Program-made: the position numbers and the translations under genes
DNA from: Candidatus Woesearchaeota archaeon
GTDB taxonomy: Archaea; Nanobdellota; Nanobdellia; Woesearchaeales; JAGVYU01
NCBI GenBank assembly: GCA_043810355.1
Contig: JBDROB010000047.1
Location: 1 to 58,848 of the forward strand
Direction of reading: 5' to 3'
Length of the DNA: 58,848 bases
Shown: piece by piece, positions 1 through 8,705 of the stretch
How the letters are laid out: the number at the start of each line of letters is the position of its first letter
Position numbering within the stretch: the stretch's first letter is position 1
The notes under the pieces: model-generated
What the model was told of the DNA's origin: nothing
Seen by the model: only the letters and a program-made list of their open reading frames with translations
Databases searched by the model: none

Positions 1-136
1 GCGTTGAAAAAGTCTCCGTCCGTGCCATGTTTGCCATTGTTTGCCGTAGGCAAACATGGCATGGCTGGACGTAGCTGACCATGTTCCCATGATTCATTAT
101 GGGGTTATGGTCAGCGAAGTAGGAGATTTTCAACGC
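1..136. repeat. ORF-less compound palindrome E1 (outer stem plus two internal hairpins); may be truncated by window edge
   Basis: Outer arms GCGTTGAAAAagTCTCC (1-17) / GGAGATTTTCAACGC (122-136). Inner hairpins 24-35/49-60 (GCCATGTTTGCC/GGCAAACATGGC) and 75-82/107-114 (CTGACCAT/ATGGTCAG). Confidence 0.7.
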
Positions 137-186
137 AGCCATAGGATTGCATAAGATTTATAAATATATGAAAATATGGTGGTGAT

Positions 187-333
187 ATGGACAAAAAACT
201 TAAGAAGAACAAAGTCATTACTCAAAAAGAGCATGATGAGTGGCATAGGAATCATAAGGAATATGACAATAAGATTGATAAGGAGCATGAGGTTTGCCAC
301 AAAAAGATAGGATTGACAGTTAAGAAAGGTTAG
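187..333 (+). CDS. small His/Lys-rich hypothetical protein (48 aa), below the ORF-track size cutoff
   Basis: Read by eye: MDKKLKKNKVITQKEHDEWHRNHKEYDNKIDKEHEVCHKKIGLTVKKG. GGTGGTGA Shine-Dalgarno-like box 3 nt upstream and TTTATAAATA box about 20 nt upstream. The antisense ORF 130..342 is low-complexity. Confidence 0.4.
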   Translation: MDKKLKKNKVITQKEHDEWHRNHKEYDNKIDKEHEVCHKKIGLTVKKG

Positions 334-370
334 GGAGCACAAAGGCTTAATTCTATTATACTTTGCTTAT

Positions 371-446
371 GGATTTATTGAAAATTCGATCCTAATACTT
401 CATTCTTTAGAATGAAGATACAGGATCGAATCGAATTTTCAATCCC
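371..446. repeat. ORF-less long imperfect palindrome E2
   Basis: GGATTTATTGAAAATTCGATCC ... GGATCGAATCGAATTTTCAATCC with inner CTTCATTC/GAATGAAG hairpin. Confidence 0.7.
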
Positions 447-592
447 AAAAATTTGACAACACTAATGCGAGTCCGTAATACCCTCTGCTTTAGCATGGGG
501 ATATGTCAGAAATCACTTCTTGATTTCTGAGCATGTTAAGATGCATTTGGCATCTAAACAGGACGAGCATATTAATATTTGTCAAATTTTTG
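446..592. repeat. ORF-less compound palindrome E3
   Basis: Perfect 14-nt outer arms CAAAAATTTGACAA (446-459) / TTGTCAAATTTTTG (579-592). Inner hairpins include TCAGAAATCA/TGATTTCTGA (506-515/521-530). Confidence 0.75.
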
Positions 593-672
593 TTATTTCT
601 CTTTGTTTGATTTAACATAGGTAACTAAATAAAGACATTAAAAAACAAATGTTTTATTCATGTTGTATTCAA

Positions 673-716
673 GACCACTGGACATTCTGCTGTGAGATAT
701 ATAAATGAGTTCTGAT
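673..716 (+). promoter_or_regulatory. copy 1 of 44-nt repeat GACCACTGGACATTCTGCTGTGAGATATATAAATGAGTTCTGAT (contains TATA box)
   Basis: Identical over 44 nt to 2782-2825 and over 32 nt to 14095-14126. TATATAAA sits at its 3' part. Confidence 0.8.
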
Positions 717-853
717 TAAAGAAATGATGGGATTGCCCATCACTAAAGAAAAGCCCCTCAACAAGGTATTTCTAAGTGATGGGTGGTCCCACTCATATTT
801 AAACTTTTGGAATTCGGAAAAATTCAGATTAATTCATTTAAATGGAGGTAATA

Positions 854-1348
854 ATGAACCAACTGAACCTTCAATTAGGCAGAGCTATTCCAATAAATGG
901 TACAAGAAAAGAGATTAGAATGATCTTCCTTGACTTATGCACATCTTTGTACCAGAATGGAATTAAAAGGATTCTTTTTATTGACACAATCAATTTTCTT
1001 GATCCTCATAGGATGGATCTAGGAGATCTGAATGAGATAAACTTCTATGATAACATATTCTGTGTCAGGACAGGCCTGCCATATGACCTTTATGCAAGGC
1101 TGAGTACAGCAGAATCTTTCATAAGATATCACAGGATTCAGGTATTGTTAGTCTCATCAATATCTTCTCTTTTCTCTGGTTTTGAAAAAAACGAAACCAA
1201 ACAGATCGTAAAGAATATTCTTGAAAAAATCAATAATCTCACAGAAAAATGCAATCTGTTCACAATCATAGGCAACACAACCTCTGATGAAAAGGATGTG
1301 ATGGAGGCTTATGATGTTGTAGATAGGATTATGTCTAATCAATCTTAA
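854..1348 (+). CDS. RecA/RadB/KaiC-fold protein lacking a recognisable Walker A loop
   Basis: ORF 842..1348. GGAGGT at 844-849 favours ATG 854. ILFIDT and VLLVSSISSLF resemble RecA-superfamily strand motifs, but there is no GxxGxGK[ST]. Confidence 0.5.
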   Translation: MNQLNLQLGRAIPINGTRKEIRMIFLDLCTSLYQNGIKRILFIDTINFLDPHRMDLGDLNEINFYDNIFCVRTGLPYDLYARLSTAESFIRYHRIQVLLVSSISSLFSGFEKNETKQIVKNILEKINNLTEKCNLFTIIGNTTSDEKDVMEAYDVVDRIMSNQS

Positions 1349-1425
1349 CTAAATTGCAGAAAAATTCGATTTTAATAATCAAAATGAAAAGATTTATATA
1401 ATTGTAGATATGCACAAATATACAA

Positions 1426-1689
1426 ATGAATAATTTAGAGTATAAATCAAGATTATACAAGGCTTTAGGTGAACCTATAAGATTAAGGATTATCCAATAC
1501 CTTATGAAAAAGGGACAATGCACTTGTATTTGTGAATTGAGTAAACTTCTAAAAAGGGATCAATCTGTAATCTTTAGGCATATACAGATATTAAAGCAGG
1601 CTGGCATTATCAATACAAATAAAAAAGCCAAATATCTGATGTGTTGTATCAAAGATAAAGATAAGATTAAGAAATTGTTGGAGGATTAA
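1426..1689 (+). CDS. ArsR/SmtB-family winged-helix regulator
   Basis: LGEPIRLRIIQYL...CTCICELSKLL...SVIFRHIQILKQAGII, typical ArsR HTH with metal-site Cys. Confidence 0.85.
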   Translation: MNNLEYKSRLYKALGEPIRLRIIQYLMKKGQCTCICELSKLLKRDQSVIFRHIQILKQAGIINTNKKAKYLMCCIKDKDKIKKLLED

Positions 1690-1690
1690 G

Positions 1691-1813
1691 ATGGCAAAAA
1701 AGAAAAAGGGATTTTTTAGTAGATTAACAGCTAAACTTGATACTAAACTTGAAAAGAGATCTAAGAATAAGAAGTGCTGTTGTTGTCAGGATTCTAAAGA
1801 TAAGAAATGCTAG
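1691..1813 (+). CDS. small basic Cys-rich protein (40 aa, CCCC motif), below the ORF-track cutoff
   Basis: Read by eye: MAKKKKGFFSRLTAKLDTKLEKRSKNKKCCCCQDSKDKKC. It starts 2 nt after the ArsR-like stop, and its stop overlaps the next start (ATGCTAG). Confidence 0.45.
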   Translation: MAKKKKGFFSRLTAKLDTKLEKRSKNKKCCCCQDSKDKKC

Positions 1814-2766
1814 AAGAAATTTTAAATTGGATACTGTACTCAATTATAGGACTAAACCCAACAATAAAATGGGTTGAAACACTTAATTTTTTTATCTATG
1901 ATTCTATCAAGATCATATTGCTTCTGTTTGTGATGATATCTATTATAGGATTCCTAAGAACCTATTTACCTCAAAATAAGATAAAAAGATGGATAAGCGG
2001 CAAAAAGTATGGCACAAGTAATCTTATTGCATCTTTTTTTGGAGCAATAACCCCTTTTTGTTCATGTTCTTCAATTCCGATCTTTCTGGGTTTTTTAGAA
2101 GCAGGAATACCCCTTGGTGTTACATTCTCATTTTTAATCACTTCCCCTTTAGTAAATGAATATTTAGTAGTATTAATGTTCGGATTTTTTGGATGGAAAA
2201 TAACTTTAGCATATGTAATAAGTGGAATATTGATAGGTACAATATCTGGGCTGATTCTTGGAAAGATGAATCTTGAGAAATATTTAGTGAAAGACCTTGT
2301 CTCTACTAATAATACTAAAAAAGAAATAAGATTTAAAGGTCTTAAAAAAAGATTGGATTTTGGGCTGAATGAATCATTGTCTATAACCCGAAAATTATGG
2401 TTATGGATATTAGTAGGTGTTGGGGTTGGGGCAGTTATTCATAATTACGTGCCATCAGAAGTGATTCAATCAATAATAATCAAAGGAGGCATATTTGCAG
2501 TTCCAATTGCAGTAATTTTAGGAGTGCCCTTGTATGGGAGTTGTGCAGCAATTGTTCCTATTGCATTAGTATTATTTGAGAAAGGGGTTCCTATAGGCAC
2601 AGCTTTAGCTTTTATGATGGCTATATCTGGACTAAGTTTTCCAGAAGCAGTCATCTTAAGAAGGGCAATGAAGCTTAAATTAATCATGATATTCTTTTTA
2701 GTTGTTACAATGGCAATAATCCTGACTGGTTATATCTACAATCTTTTGCAAATCTTACTTATTTAA
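1807..2766 (+). CDS. multi-pass permease, UPF0718/ArsP-like
   Basis: Hydrophobic throughout. TPFCSCSSIPIFLGFLEAG and a second SCAAIVPIAL motif are typical of this permease family. It lies downstream of an ArsR-type regulator. Confidence 0.8.
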   Translation: MLEEILNWILYSIIGLNPTIKWVETLNFFIYDSIKIILLLFVMISIIGFLRTYLPQNKIKRWISGKKYGTSNLIASFFGAITPFCSCSSIPIFLGFLEAGIPLGVTFSFLITSPLVNEYLVVLMFGFFGWKITLAYVISGILIGTISGLILGKMNLEKYLVKDLVSTNNTKKEIRFKGLKKRLDFGLNESLSITRKLWLWILVGVGVGAVIHNYVPSEVIQSIIIKGGIFAVPIAVILGVPLYGSCAAIVPIALVLFEKGVPIGTALAFMMAISGLSFPEAVILRRAMKLKLIMIFFLVVTMAIILTGYIYNLLQILLI

Positions 2767-2781
2767 GTAAAATACTTCTTT

Positions 2782-2825
2782 GACCACTGGACATTCTGCT
2801 GTGAGATATATAAATGAGTTCTGAT
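2782..2825 (+). promoter_or_regulatory. copy 2 of the 44-nt TATA-containing repeat
   Basis: 44/44 identity to 673-716. About 30 nt upstream of ORF 2852/2858. Confidence 0.8.
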
Positions 2826-2857
2826 CTGATTTTAATTAACAAATAAATGGGGTGAAA

Positions 2858-3196
2858 ATGGGACACACAATAATGTCTATGCGCTGGGTCATCTATGATG
2901 AGATCCAGAAGCTGAAAAAGCTCTCTGATTCTTTGAGAGAGCCAGAGCATAGTATTGCAAATTCATTGTTATACCATATCTACAACAATATATCTGGAAT
3001 AACGCATGCTAATCCTTTTCCAAAGGATCTGCTAAACAGCATGATCTACACAATCTTGATAGAAGAAAAAAAGAAAAAAGGCATTGATGTCGACAACCTG
3101 ACTTTATTGTTGTTCTCTATCATTGTAAGGCATAAGGCTGGGAAGATTGAATTAGAAAAAAGTGATTTATATAAAAGGCAAATTTCAATCAAGTAA
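2858..3196 (+). CDS. hypothetical protein
   Basis: ORF 2852..3196. GGGGTGA box before ATG 2858. No recognisable motif. Confidence 0.5.
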   Translation: MGHTIMSMRWVIYDEIQKLKKLSDSLREPEHSIANSLLYHIYNNISGITHANPFPKDLLNSMIYTILIEEKKKKGIDVDNLTLLLFSIIVRHKAGKIELEKSDLYKRQISIK

Positions 3197-3202
3197 AAGA
3201 AT

Positions 3203-3532
3203 ATGGTTAAGTTGGAAATGTTTATAAAACAGAATATATTCTCAAACAGTATGGAATTTGACCATTATAAGGATCCAAAAGAAGCAGAATTAGTCTGGGA
3301 AGCATATTCCAGAGATTTGAAGAGATATGGATTGATAGTAGAAGCAGTAAGTGTTGCAGAAAGATGTGACACAGCAGATTCTTTAGATATTAGATTGGAT
3401 ATGATGGTCACTGCAGAAGCGAGCAGAAATATCAGTCGAAAAAGATATACATCTTCTTCATCTCCTATAGATATAGATGCATTTGGATCTTGGTCACTTG
3501 TTGTAAGGGCTTATGAGATGGATTTCCCTTAA
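3203..3532 (+). CDS. hypothetical protein
   Basis: ORF track. Tightly follows the previous ORF. No recognisable motif. Confidence 0.5.
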   Translation: MVKLEMFIKQNIFSNSMEFDHYKDPKEAELVWEAYSRDLKRYGLIVEAVSVAERCDTADSLDIRLDMMVTAEASRNISRKRYTSSSSPIDIDAFGSWSLVVRAYEMDFP

Positions 3533-3948
3533 GAAGGCAGCAGCCATTTTCTTGCAACTGCTTTCCAATCTCGTTTTGTATATTTCCCAGATAATATTTC
3601 AACTAATACCTTAGTTGAATCATCATACTCTCTTGGTAATTTTATTACTGACCCATGTTTATTCAATGCTATTGCCTGCACAACTTTCTCCTCTAGATCA
3701 AATGGTTCTCCGACAACAATTCCTTGAACTCCATATCTGTTCCCATCAACAATTTGCTGAGCCCTTTTGCAATAACCTATCTTAGAATAATTTATTACCA
3801 TCACTTTCAAATCTTTTTGTTTGACTATGCCAACTAATACTGTTTTATCAGGCACATAGATGGAATCTAAAGTATAGACGCTTAATCCCATTGGATCATG
3901 CTTGTCTTTTTCCCTTGTTCTGATGTGGTATGAGTCCATTCTTGGCAT
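3529..3948 (-). CDS. hypothetical protein
   Basis: ORF track, non-repetitive composition. Convergent 4-nt overlap with 3203..3532. Confidence 0.5.
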   Translation of the reverse strand: MPRMDSYHIRTREKDKHDPMGLSVYTLDSIYVPDKTVLVGIVKQKDLKVMVINYSKIGYCKRAQQIVDGNRYGVQGIVVGEPFDLEEKVVQAIALNKHGSVIKLPREYDDSTKVLVEILSGKYTKRDWKAVARKWLLPS

Positions 3949-3967
3949 AGATATACTAAATCATATA

Positions 3968-4207
3968 TTAAAATTTCTGTGATTTGAGATATTTTGAAAT
4001 CAATTCAACTTTTTTTTTATTAATCATTTCATAGAATTTTCTTGTATAATTTAATGGTAATATAGGGATATGTAATCTTTTCCATTCAATCTTTTCAGTC
4101 TTGTCAAACATATCTAATCTTCTATCTTCTTCAGGTGTTATTTGTCTTGTCATTTTAGTTTTCCTCTTGAGTAGTTTATTTAACCACTTCTTAATGACAA
4201 TAAACAT
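3968..4207 (-). CDS. hypothetical small basic protein
   Basis: ORF track only. Confidence 0.35.
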   Translation of the reverse strand: MFIVIKKWLNKLLKRKTKMTRQITPEEDRRLDMFDKTEKIEWKRLHIPILPLNYTRKFYEMINKKKVELISKYLKSQKF

Positions 4208-4288
4208 ATGAGGTATATAAGTCTTTGTTGTAATCCTAATAGCAACAAAATAGTAATGTTTAAATATAAACTAAACTCTCTTTATTGT

Positions 4289-5008
4289 ATGAATACAGAA
4301 GAACTGCAAGAATTTGGATTATCAAATACAGAAGCAAAAGTATATTTAGCTTTGCTTGAGCTTGGAAAAAGCAAAGCAGGGGAGATAACTAAAAAATCTG
4401 CTGTAAATAGGACTAATGTTTATGATGCTCTTGAAAGACTTATTGAAAAAGGTCTTGTTTCTTATATTTCAGAGAATAATAAAAAAGTCTTTGAAGCTGT
4501 AAATCCTCAAAGACTTCAAGAAATTCTAAAAGATAAGCAAGATAAACTAGGAAAAACAATAGAAGAACTTAAATCCAGATACCAAAAAAGCCAGAAGCAA
4601 GAAGATGCTTTTGTCTTTAGAGGCAAGAATGGAATAAAATCTATTTTTGAAGATATTTTAAACGAAAAGAAAGAGCTTTTTTGCTATGGTGCAGAAAGCA
4701 GGTTTAAAGAGATGTTTCCTTTTTATCAAAAGCATTGGAATAAAGAAAGAGCAAGATTAAAGATAAAGGTTAAAATGATTTACAGCGAAAGAGTTAAACA
4801 AGAAAAGAGAAAAGAAAATCTTAAACTTCTTGAAATGAAGTTTTTGCCTGAAACTTATGATTTTCCTTCTATGGTTATGATTTATGGCAATAGAGTTGTT
4901 ACGATTGTTTGGCTTGAAGAGCCATTTGGATTTATGATTAAGAGCGAAGAAGCGGTAAAGAGTAATATGAATTTCTTTGAGTTATTGTGGAAGATAGCCA
5001 AAAATTAA
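4289..5008 (+). CDS. TrmB-family transcriptional regulator
   Basis: LSNTEAKVYLALLELGKSKAGEITKKSAVNRTNVYDALERLIEKGLV is the TrmB wHTH. ATG 4289 fits the family N-terminus better than the track start 4208. Confidence 0.8.
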   Translation: MNTEELQEFGLSNTEAKVYLALLELGKSKAGEITKKSAVNRTNVYDALERLIEKGLVSYISENNKKVFEAVNPQRLQEILKDKQDKLGKTIEELKSRYQKSQKQEDAFVFRGKNGIKSIFEDILNEKKELFCYGAESRFKEMFPFYQKHWNKERARLKIKVKMIYSERVKQEKRKENLKLLEMKFLPETYDFPSMVMIYGNRVVTIVWLEEPFGFMIKSEEAVKSNMNFFELLWKIAKN

Positions 5009-5406
5009 AGAATCAAAACAGCTTCTTCTGGCTTTAAAATCCTGATTTTATTGTATTCTTTCAGTTTCAAAAGGTGCTTGTCCTGGCTTACGATAAAATC
5101 TGCTTCTCCATAAACCGCAGCTTCAACAAACTTATCATCTTCTGGGTCGTCTTTTACTGCTTGTATCGCTACAATAGGATCTACTATCATTGAGTTTTCT
5201 ATGATAAGATTTTTCCATTCTTCAATTAATTCTTCATCCATAGAAATCTTGAAGCTTCTAAGAGTTTCTACCAATTCTTCAATAAGTTGAGGAGAACTTA
5301 CTAGCTGAAACTTTCCTCTTTTCCATTTGTCTATGATTTGAGAACAAAAGTTTCCTTCCCAGAATATTCCTGAGATGAATACATTCGTGTCTAAAACTAT
5401 TCTCAT
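5005..5406 (-). CDS. vapC: PIN-domain toxin (VapC-like)
   Basis: MRIVLDTNVFISG N-terminus plus acidic residues. 4-nt overlap with the upstream antitoxin. Confidence 0.85.
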   Translation of the reverse strand: MRIVLDTNVFISGIFWEGNFCSQIIDKWKRGKFQLVSSPQLIEELVETLRSFKISMDEELIEEWKNLIIENSMIVDPIVAIQAVKDDPEDDKFVEAAVYGEADFIVSQDKHLLKLKEYNKIRILKPEEAVLIL

Positions 5407-5663
5407 TTTTTCCTTGCTTCGCTTATAGCTTCAGATACATCTGCTTCTTTTAATCCTCTCTTTTTTGCGAATTCTCTTGTTTTTTTGAGCAGTTTATCTA
5501 CTCCGCTAAAAGAAGGCATTTCAAGTTTCTTTAAGACAATAGTGTTATCTTCTCCGATAACTACAAATTTCTCTCCTTCATGTATTCTCAATCTGTCTCT
5601 TAGACTTTGAGGTATTACTATTTGCCCTCTTGAACTCATACTTGTTATTTCAATATTTTCCAT
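5403..5663 (-). CDS. vapB: AbrB/SpoVT-type antitoxin
   Basis: SSRGQIVIPQSLRDRLRIHEGEKFVV swapped-hairpin motif. Overlaps the PIN gene. Confidence 0.85.
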   Translation of the reverse strand: MENIEITSMSSRGQIVIPQSLRDRLRIHEGEKFVVIGEDNTIVLKKLEMPSFSGVDKLLKKTREFAKKRGLKEADVSEAISEARKK

Positions 5664-7198
5664 TTTTATCCTCCTGTAAGTTTATATTATTGGTAAGATT
5701 ATCTTATTTATAAGCTTTTCGGTTTGTTTTCGTTCGTCTGCCCCCAAATTCGTTTAGAAAATTTTTGCTTAGTAGTAGGGGTGGTGGGCGGGGAGAGTGG
5801 TGGGAGGTAAAACCTTGAGCGATTAGCGAAAGGCTATCTGTTGCATCAGCAACTCACCTGCACCCCCTTTAAATTAAAAGTTTGATTGTGTATAATCCTT
5901 GTTAAACTCTCCGAAGGATTGATTTTTAGTGCAACGATGCCGAAGGCAAAAAATCAAAGTAAAATTTCCGTTTCCAATAAATATCTGCGAAGCAGACTAA
6001 ATGTCCGAAGGACAGAGGCGAGAACCCCCACCTTGTGCTTCGCACAGAATTACTCTCTTGACAAATTGAAAATAAATCCTTTTTCTCCATCACTTACAAC
6101 TCTAAGCCTTTCTCCAGTTTCAATAGGGTATCTATGTTCGTGTTCCCTTCCCCCATAAAATGGCTGACTCAACGAATCTTTTGCATTAAGATACAAGATT
6201 CCTTTCTTTCTTGAAACTTCCATGTCGTGATGTTCTCCTAAATCTGTATAAGCTACAACAGCCCTTTTATTAGGTGTCCAATTATCAAGATGTGTGCAGT
6301 AAAATTGAAGATATGGCGTTACAAGAACATATCCTTCAGGATGACTTTTATCAAATTCTTCCAGACCATCTGCATCAACGCCATCTACCCCATAATAATG
6401 AGTAATTGAAAATGCTTCGCCTGTAAAATCACCAGTTCCATTTAAGTCATGTGTTGATGCAATTAACCCTTTATCTTGTAATTCAGGCATCTGAAACTTT
6501 TCAGAATCAGATAATCGGGTTAATTTTCTTGCCTGAAGAAGATTATACTGCCAATCTCCAGAATTACCGTAAGTTGCAAATTCCATTATTATTGGATGCT
6601 TTAACTCTCTTTCAGCAAAAAGAGCAATACTTGCTAAATTTTCAACTTCTTCATTTGACCATCTTGAATAATTTCTGGACATAACAACGGGACTTGATGT
6701 ATCAGGGAATACAGTTCCATCTTCAGCATATTCTCTGAGAAATGCTTCAATATATCTTTCACTATCATAAGCAGATTCTCTTATTATTTTTACAATATCT
6801 CTTGGTGCTGGAAATTTAGAATAAACAACTCCCGTATGCTCTTTTTTATCAACCATTGCCTGAACAATAACAGGAATTCTTTCATCAAGTACAGCACCAA
6901 CTTCACCAGCATATTTATTTGCCTTTTCAGTTTTTGCACTCTTTCTCACTTGATGAATTGTTCTGACTAATTTCTCTCTTGGAACATCAAGGTATGTTTC
7001 AAAAATTCCATCAAAAGAGTGTTCTCCATTATCTTCTAAAACTGATGAAGACCTAACCGCATATCTCTCAGAACCCAAAGAATCTGCGACTCCAATTATA
7101 TCTTGATAACTTCCTGCTAAGTTTAGTGAAGATGGAACTACAAAGAAATTAGGAACTATAACTTTCCCGCGATAAACGACTTCTTCGTTTAAATTCTC

Positions 7199-7782
7199 TA
7201 GCTAGAAATCCCCACCACTTGTGGTAGGGGATGAATAGCGTAATGCTTATAGAATACTGATTCTAGACATTACGGATTGGTAGAATGATGAGCCTCACAA
7301 AGGAGGTGAGGCCCAATGAGATACTCAGACCACAAATACAAACATGGTATCGGTTGGACGATGTGCCATATACAATGGGTCACAAAGTATCGATATAAGG
7401 TATTTAGTGACTTGAAGCTAAAAAACCTTTTGGAAATTCTGCTTATGGAGTCTAGCAGAAGACACAATTTTAACCTGTTGGAGATGGAGGTTCAGCCTGA
7501 TCATGTGCACGCTTTAGTGGCATTAAGGCCAAGTATGTCTCCATCTTTTGCTTTACAGGCAATGAAGGGCTACACTAGCAGATTGCTTTTCCTTATGGAG
7601 GAGGAAACTCTTTCCAGATGGTATTTTGATAATGGAAAAGAAAGAAGCCTATGGGGAGATGGTAAATTCATTGGGTCTGTCGGACATATAACTCTAGAAA
7701 AAGCAAAAGAGTACTTAGAGAAACAAGAGGCTTATCATGCCAAAGAATCCCCACCCTTTAGGGTTGGGGAGCATTAATTTTT
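7199..7782 (+). mobile_element. IS200-type insertion sequence (tnpA only); ends approximate
   Basis: Subterminal hairpins CCCCACCACTTGTGGTAGGGG (7210-7230) and CCCCACCCTTTAGGGTTGGGG (7749-7769), each preceded by ATCCCCACC. Splits a host reading frame. Confidence 0.8.
7316..7777 (+). CDS. tnpA: IS200/IS605-family Y1 (HUH) transposase TnpA
   Basis: HIQWVTKYRYKVF and QPDHVHALV (HUH) motifs, about 150 aa. Strong AGGAGGTGA box upstream. Confidence 0.9.
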   Translation: MRYSDHKYKHGIGWTMCHIQWVTKYRYKVFSDLKLKNLLEILLMESSRRHNFNLLEMEVQPDHVHALVALRPSMSPSFALQAMKGYTSRLLFLMEEETLSRWYFDNGKERSLWGDGKFIGSVGHITLEKAKEYLEKQEAYHAKESPPFRVGEH

Positions 7783-8009
7783 CTTCAAGAGATTTTAATG
7801 TTAAGATACCTCTTGCTTTTCCACCAACTAATTCAATTGGTGCTTCTCTTTCTGTATCTAAAACTAATTTGCTCATAATAATATTGAAAAATTAAACATT
7901 TTATAAATGTTCCTACTTTGGAGTTAAAAGTGGATGGTAGGGGGTTCTCGCCTCTTTTGTTTCTTTTTCTAAAAGAAAGGAAACGGAAATTTTATTGAGC
8001 ATAAGCCCT

Positions 8010-8705
8010 GTTAAGTGACCCGAACGGAATGAAATGAAGTGAGAGCGCAGCGTGGTCGACCGAAGGGAGAAGTTGAATTTCTGGACTCATTTTTCTAACT
8101 TTTTTATCGCTTCTTCGTACCACTGCCGAGCAATTTGTTTTGCTTTTTCAGAAGTAATTCTATTAAACATCCAATCAAACTTTTCTTTGACTTTTTCTTT
8201 TCCTACTTCAGAAACATGTTTGGTTAAAAATGTGGGAACATTATTTTCAAAAAAGCTGATGCTGTCTGCGTCTTTTAGTAAATTTTGGTCGTCATTTCCG
8301 CCCTCTTCATGTTTTGAGATTAGCATTTTGACTCTATCTATTAATTTCTGCTCGGCGCCCTCTTTTTTCAAAAAATCTGCCATGATTTCTGCGCCTCTTT
8401 CTTCATGAGGACGAAAGAATTCAGGATCAGCATAGCTGTGCGAATGTTTTTTGTCTTTGACATCTTGTTTTCTGAAAGCTCTTTCAATGTCATGAGCAAT
8501 AGCAGAAATTAATAGTGCTTCATCAGCATCAGCTTTTAACTGTTTAATCCAATAAACTGTTCTTTCAAAATGTTTGATTTGAGATGTTTTGCCAAGTTTT
8601 GTAAATGAATCTATTACAAATTGCTCGGCTTTTTTGTATAAATTTTCAGTCATATTATTAGAAGAAGCGATAAAGTATATAAAAGTTGTCCAGAAATTCA
8701 ATTTC
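8010..8705. other. module 2 of the inverted-repeat-bracketed gene array
   Basis: GTTAAGT box at 8010-8016. GC box GCGCAGCGTGGTCGAC at 8045-8060. Arms 8069-8086 GAAGTTGAATTTCTGGAC / 8688-8705 GTCCAGAAATTCAATTTC (18 bp, one G.T). Cargo is the HD-domain gene (minus strand). Confidence 0.8.

Larger units (their letters stand above)
6050..7876 (-). pseudogene. PEP-utilising enzyme (PpsA/PPDK N-terminal ATP-grasp)-like gene interrupted by an IS200-type element
   Basis: N-terminal piece MSKLVLDTEREAPIELVGGKARGILTLKSLEE (7876 down to about 7783). Body ...NLNEEVVYRGKVIVPNFFVVPSS...SSVLEDNGEHSFDGIFETYLDV (about 7198 down to 6050). An in-frame TAG at the IS boundary (7202-7204) separates the two. Confidence 0.75.
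5901..7995. other. module 1 of the inverted-repeat-bracketed gene array
   Basis: GTTAAAC box at 5901-5907. Outer arms 5959-5975 GTAAAATTTCCGTTTCC / 7979-7995 GGAAACGGAAATTTTAT. Inner arms 6014-6029 AGAGGCGAGAACCCCC / 7940-7955 GGGGGTTCTCGCCTCT. Cargo is the IS-disrupted PEP-utilising-like gene (minus strand). Confidence 0.8.

Noticed and set aside
130-342. 70-aa minus-strand ORF
   Set aside because: It has low-complexity Leu/Ile/Phe composition typical of an antisense shadow in AT-rich DNA. The plus-strand 48-codon ORF with an RBS-like box is a better explanation.
724-918. 64-aa ORF starting about 20 nt after the TATA box, possibly the frameshifted N-terminus of the RecA-fold gene
   Set aside because: It has no RecA-like N-terminal motif (no Walker A). 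The downstream ORF has its own strong GGAGGT box and ATG at 854. It is more likely a leader or uORF at best.
5886-6158. ORFs running through the structured spacers (5886..6158, 8052..8408, 11940..12137, 13822..14076, 13947..14183)
   Set aside because: They consist of repeat arms, GC boxes and hairpins, or lie antisense to real genes. Their reading frames are not conserved between homologous spacers.
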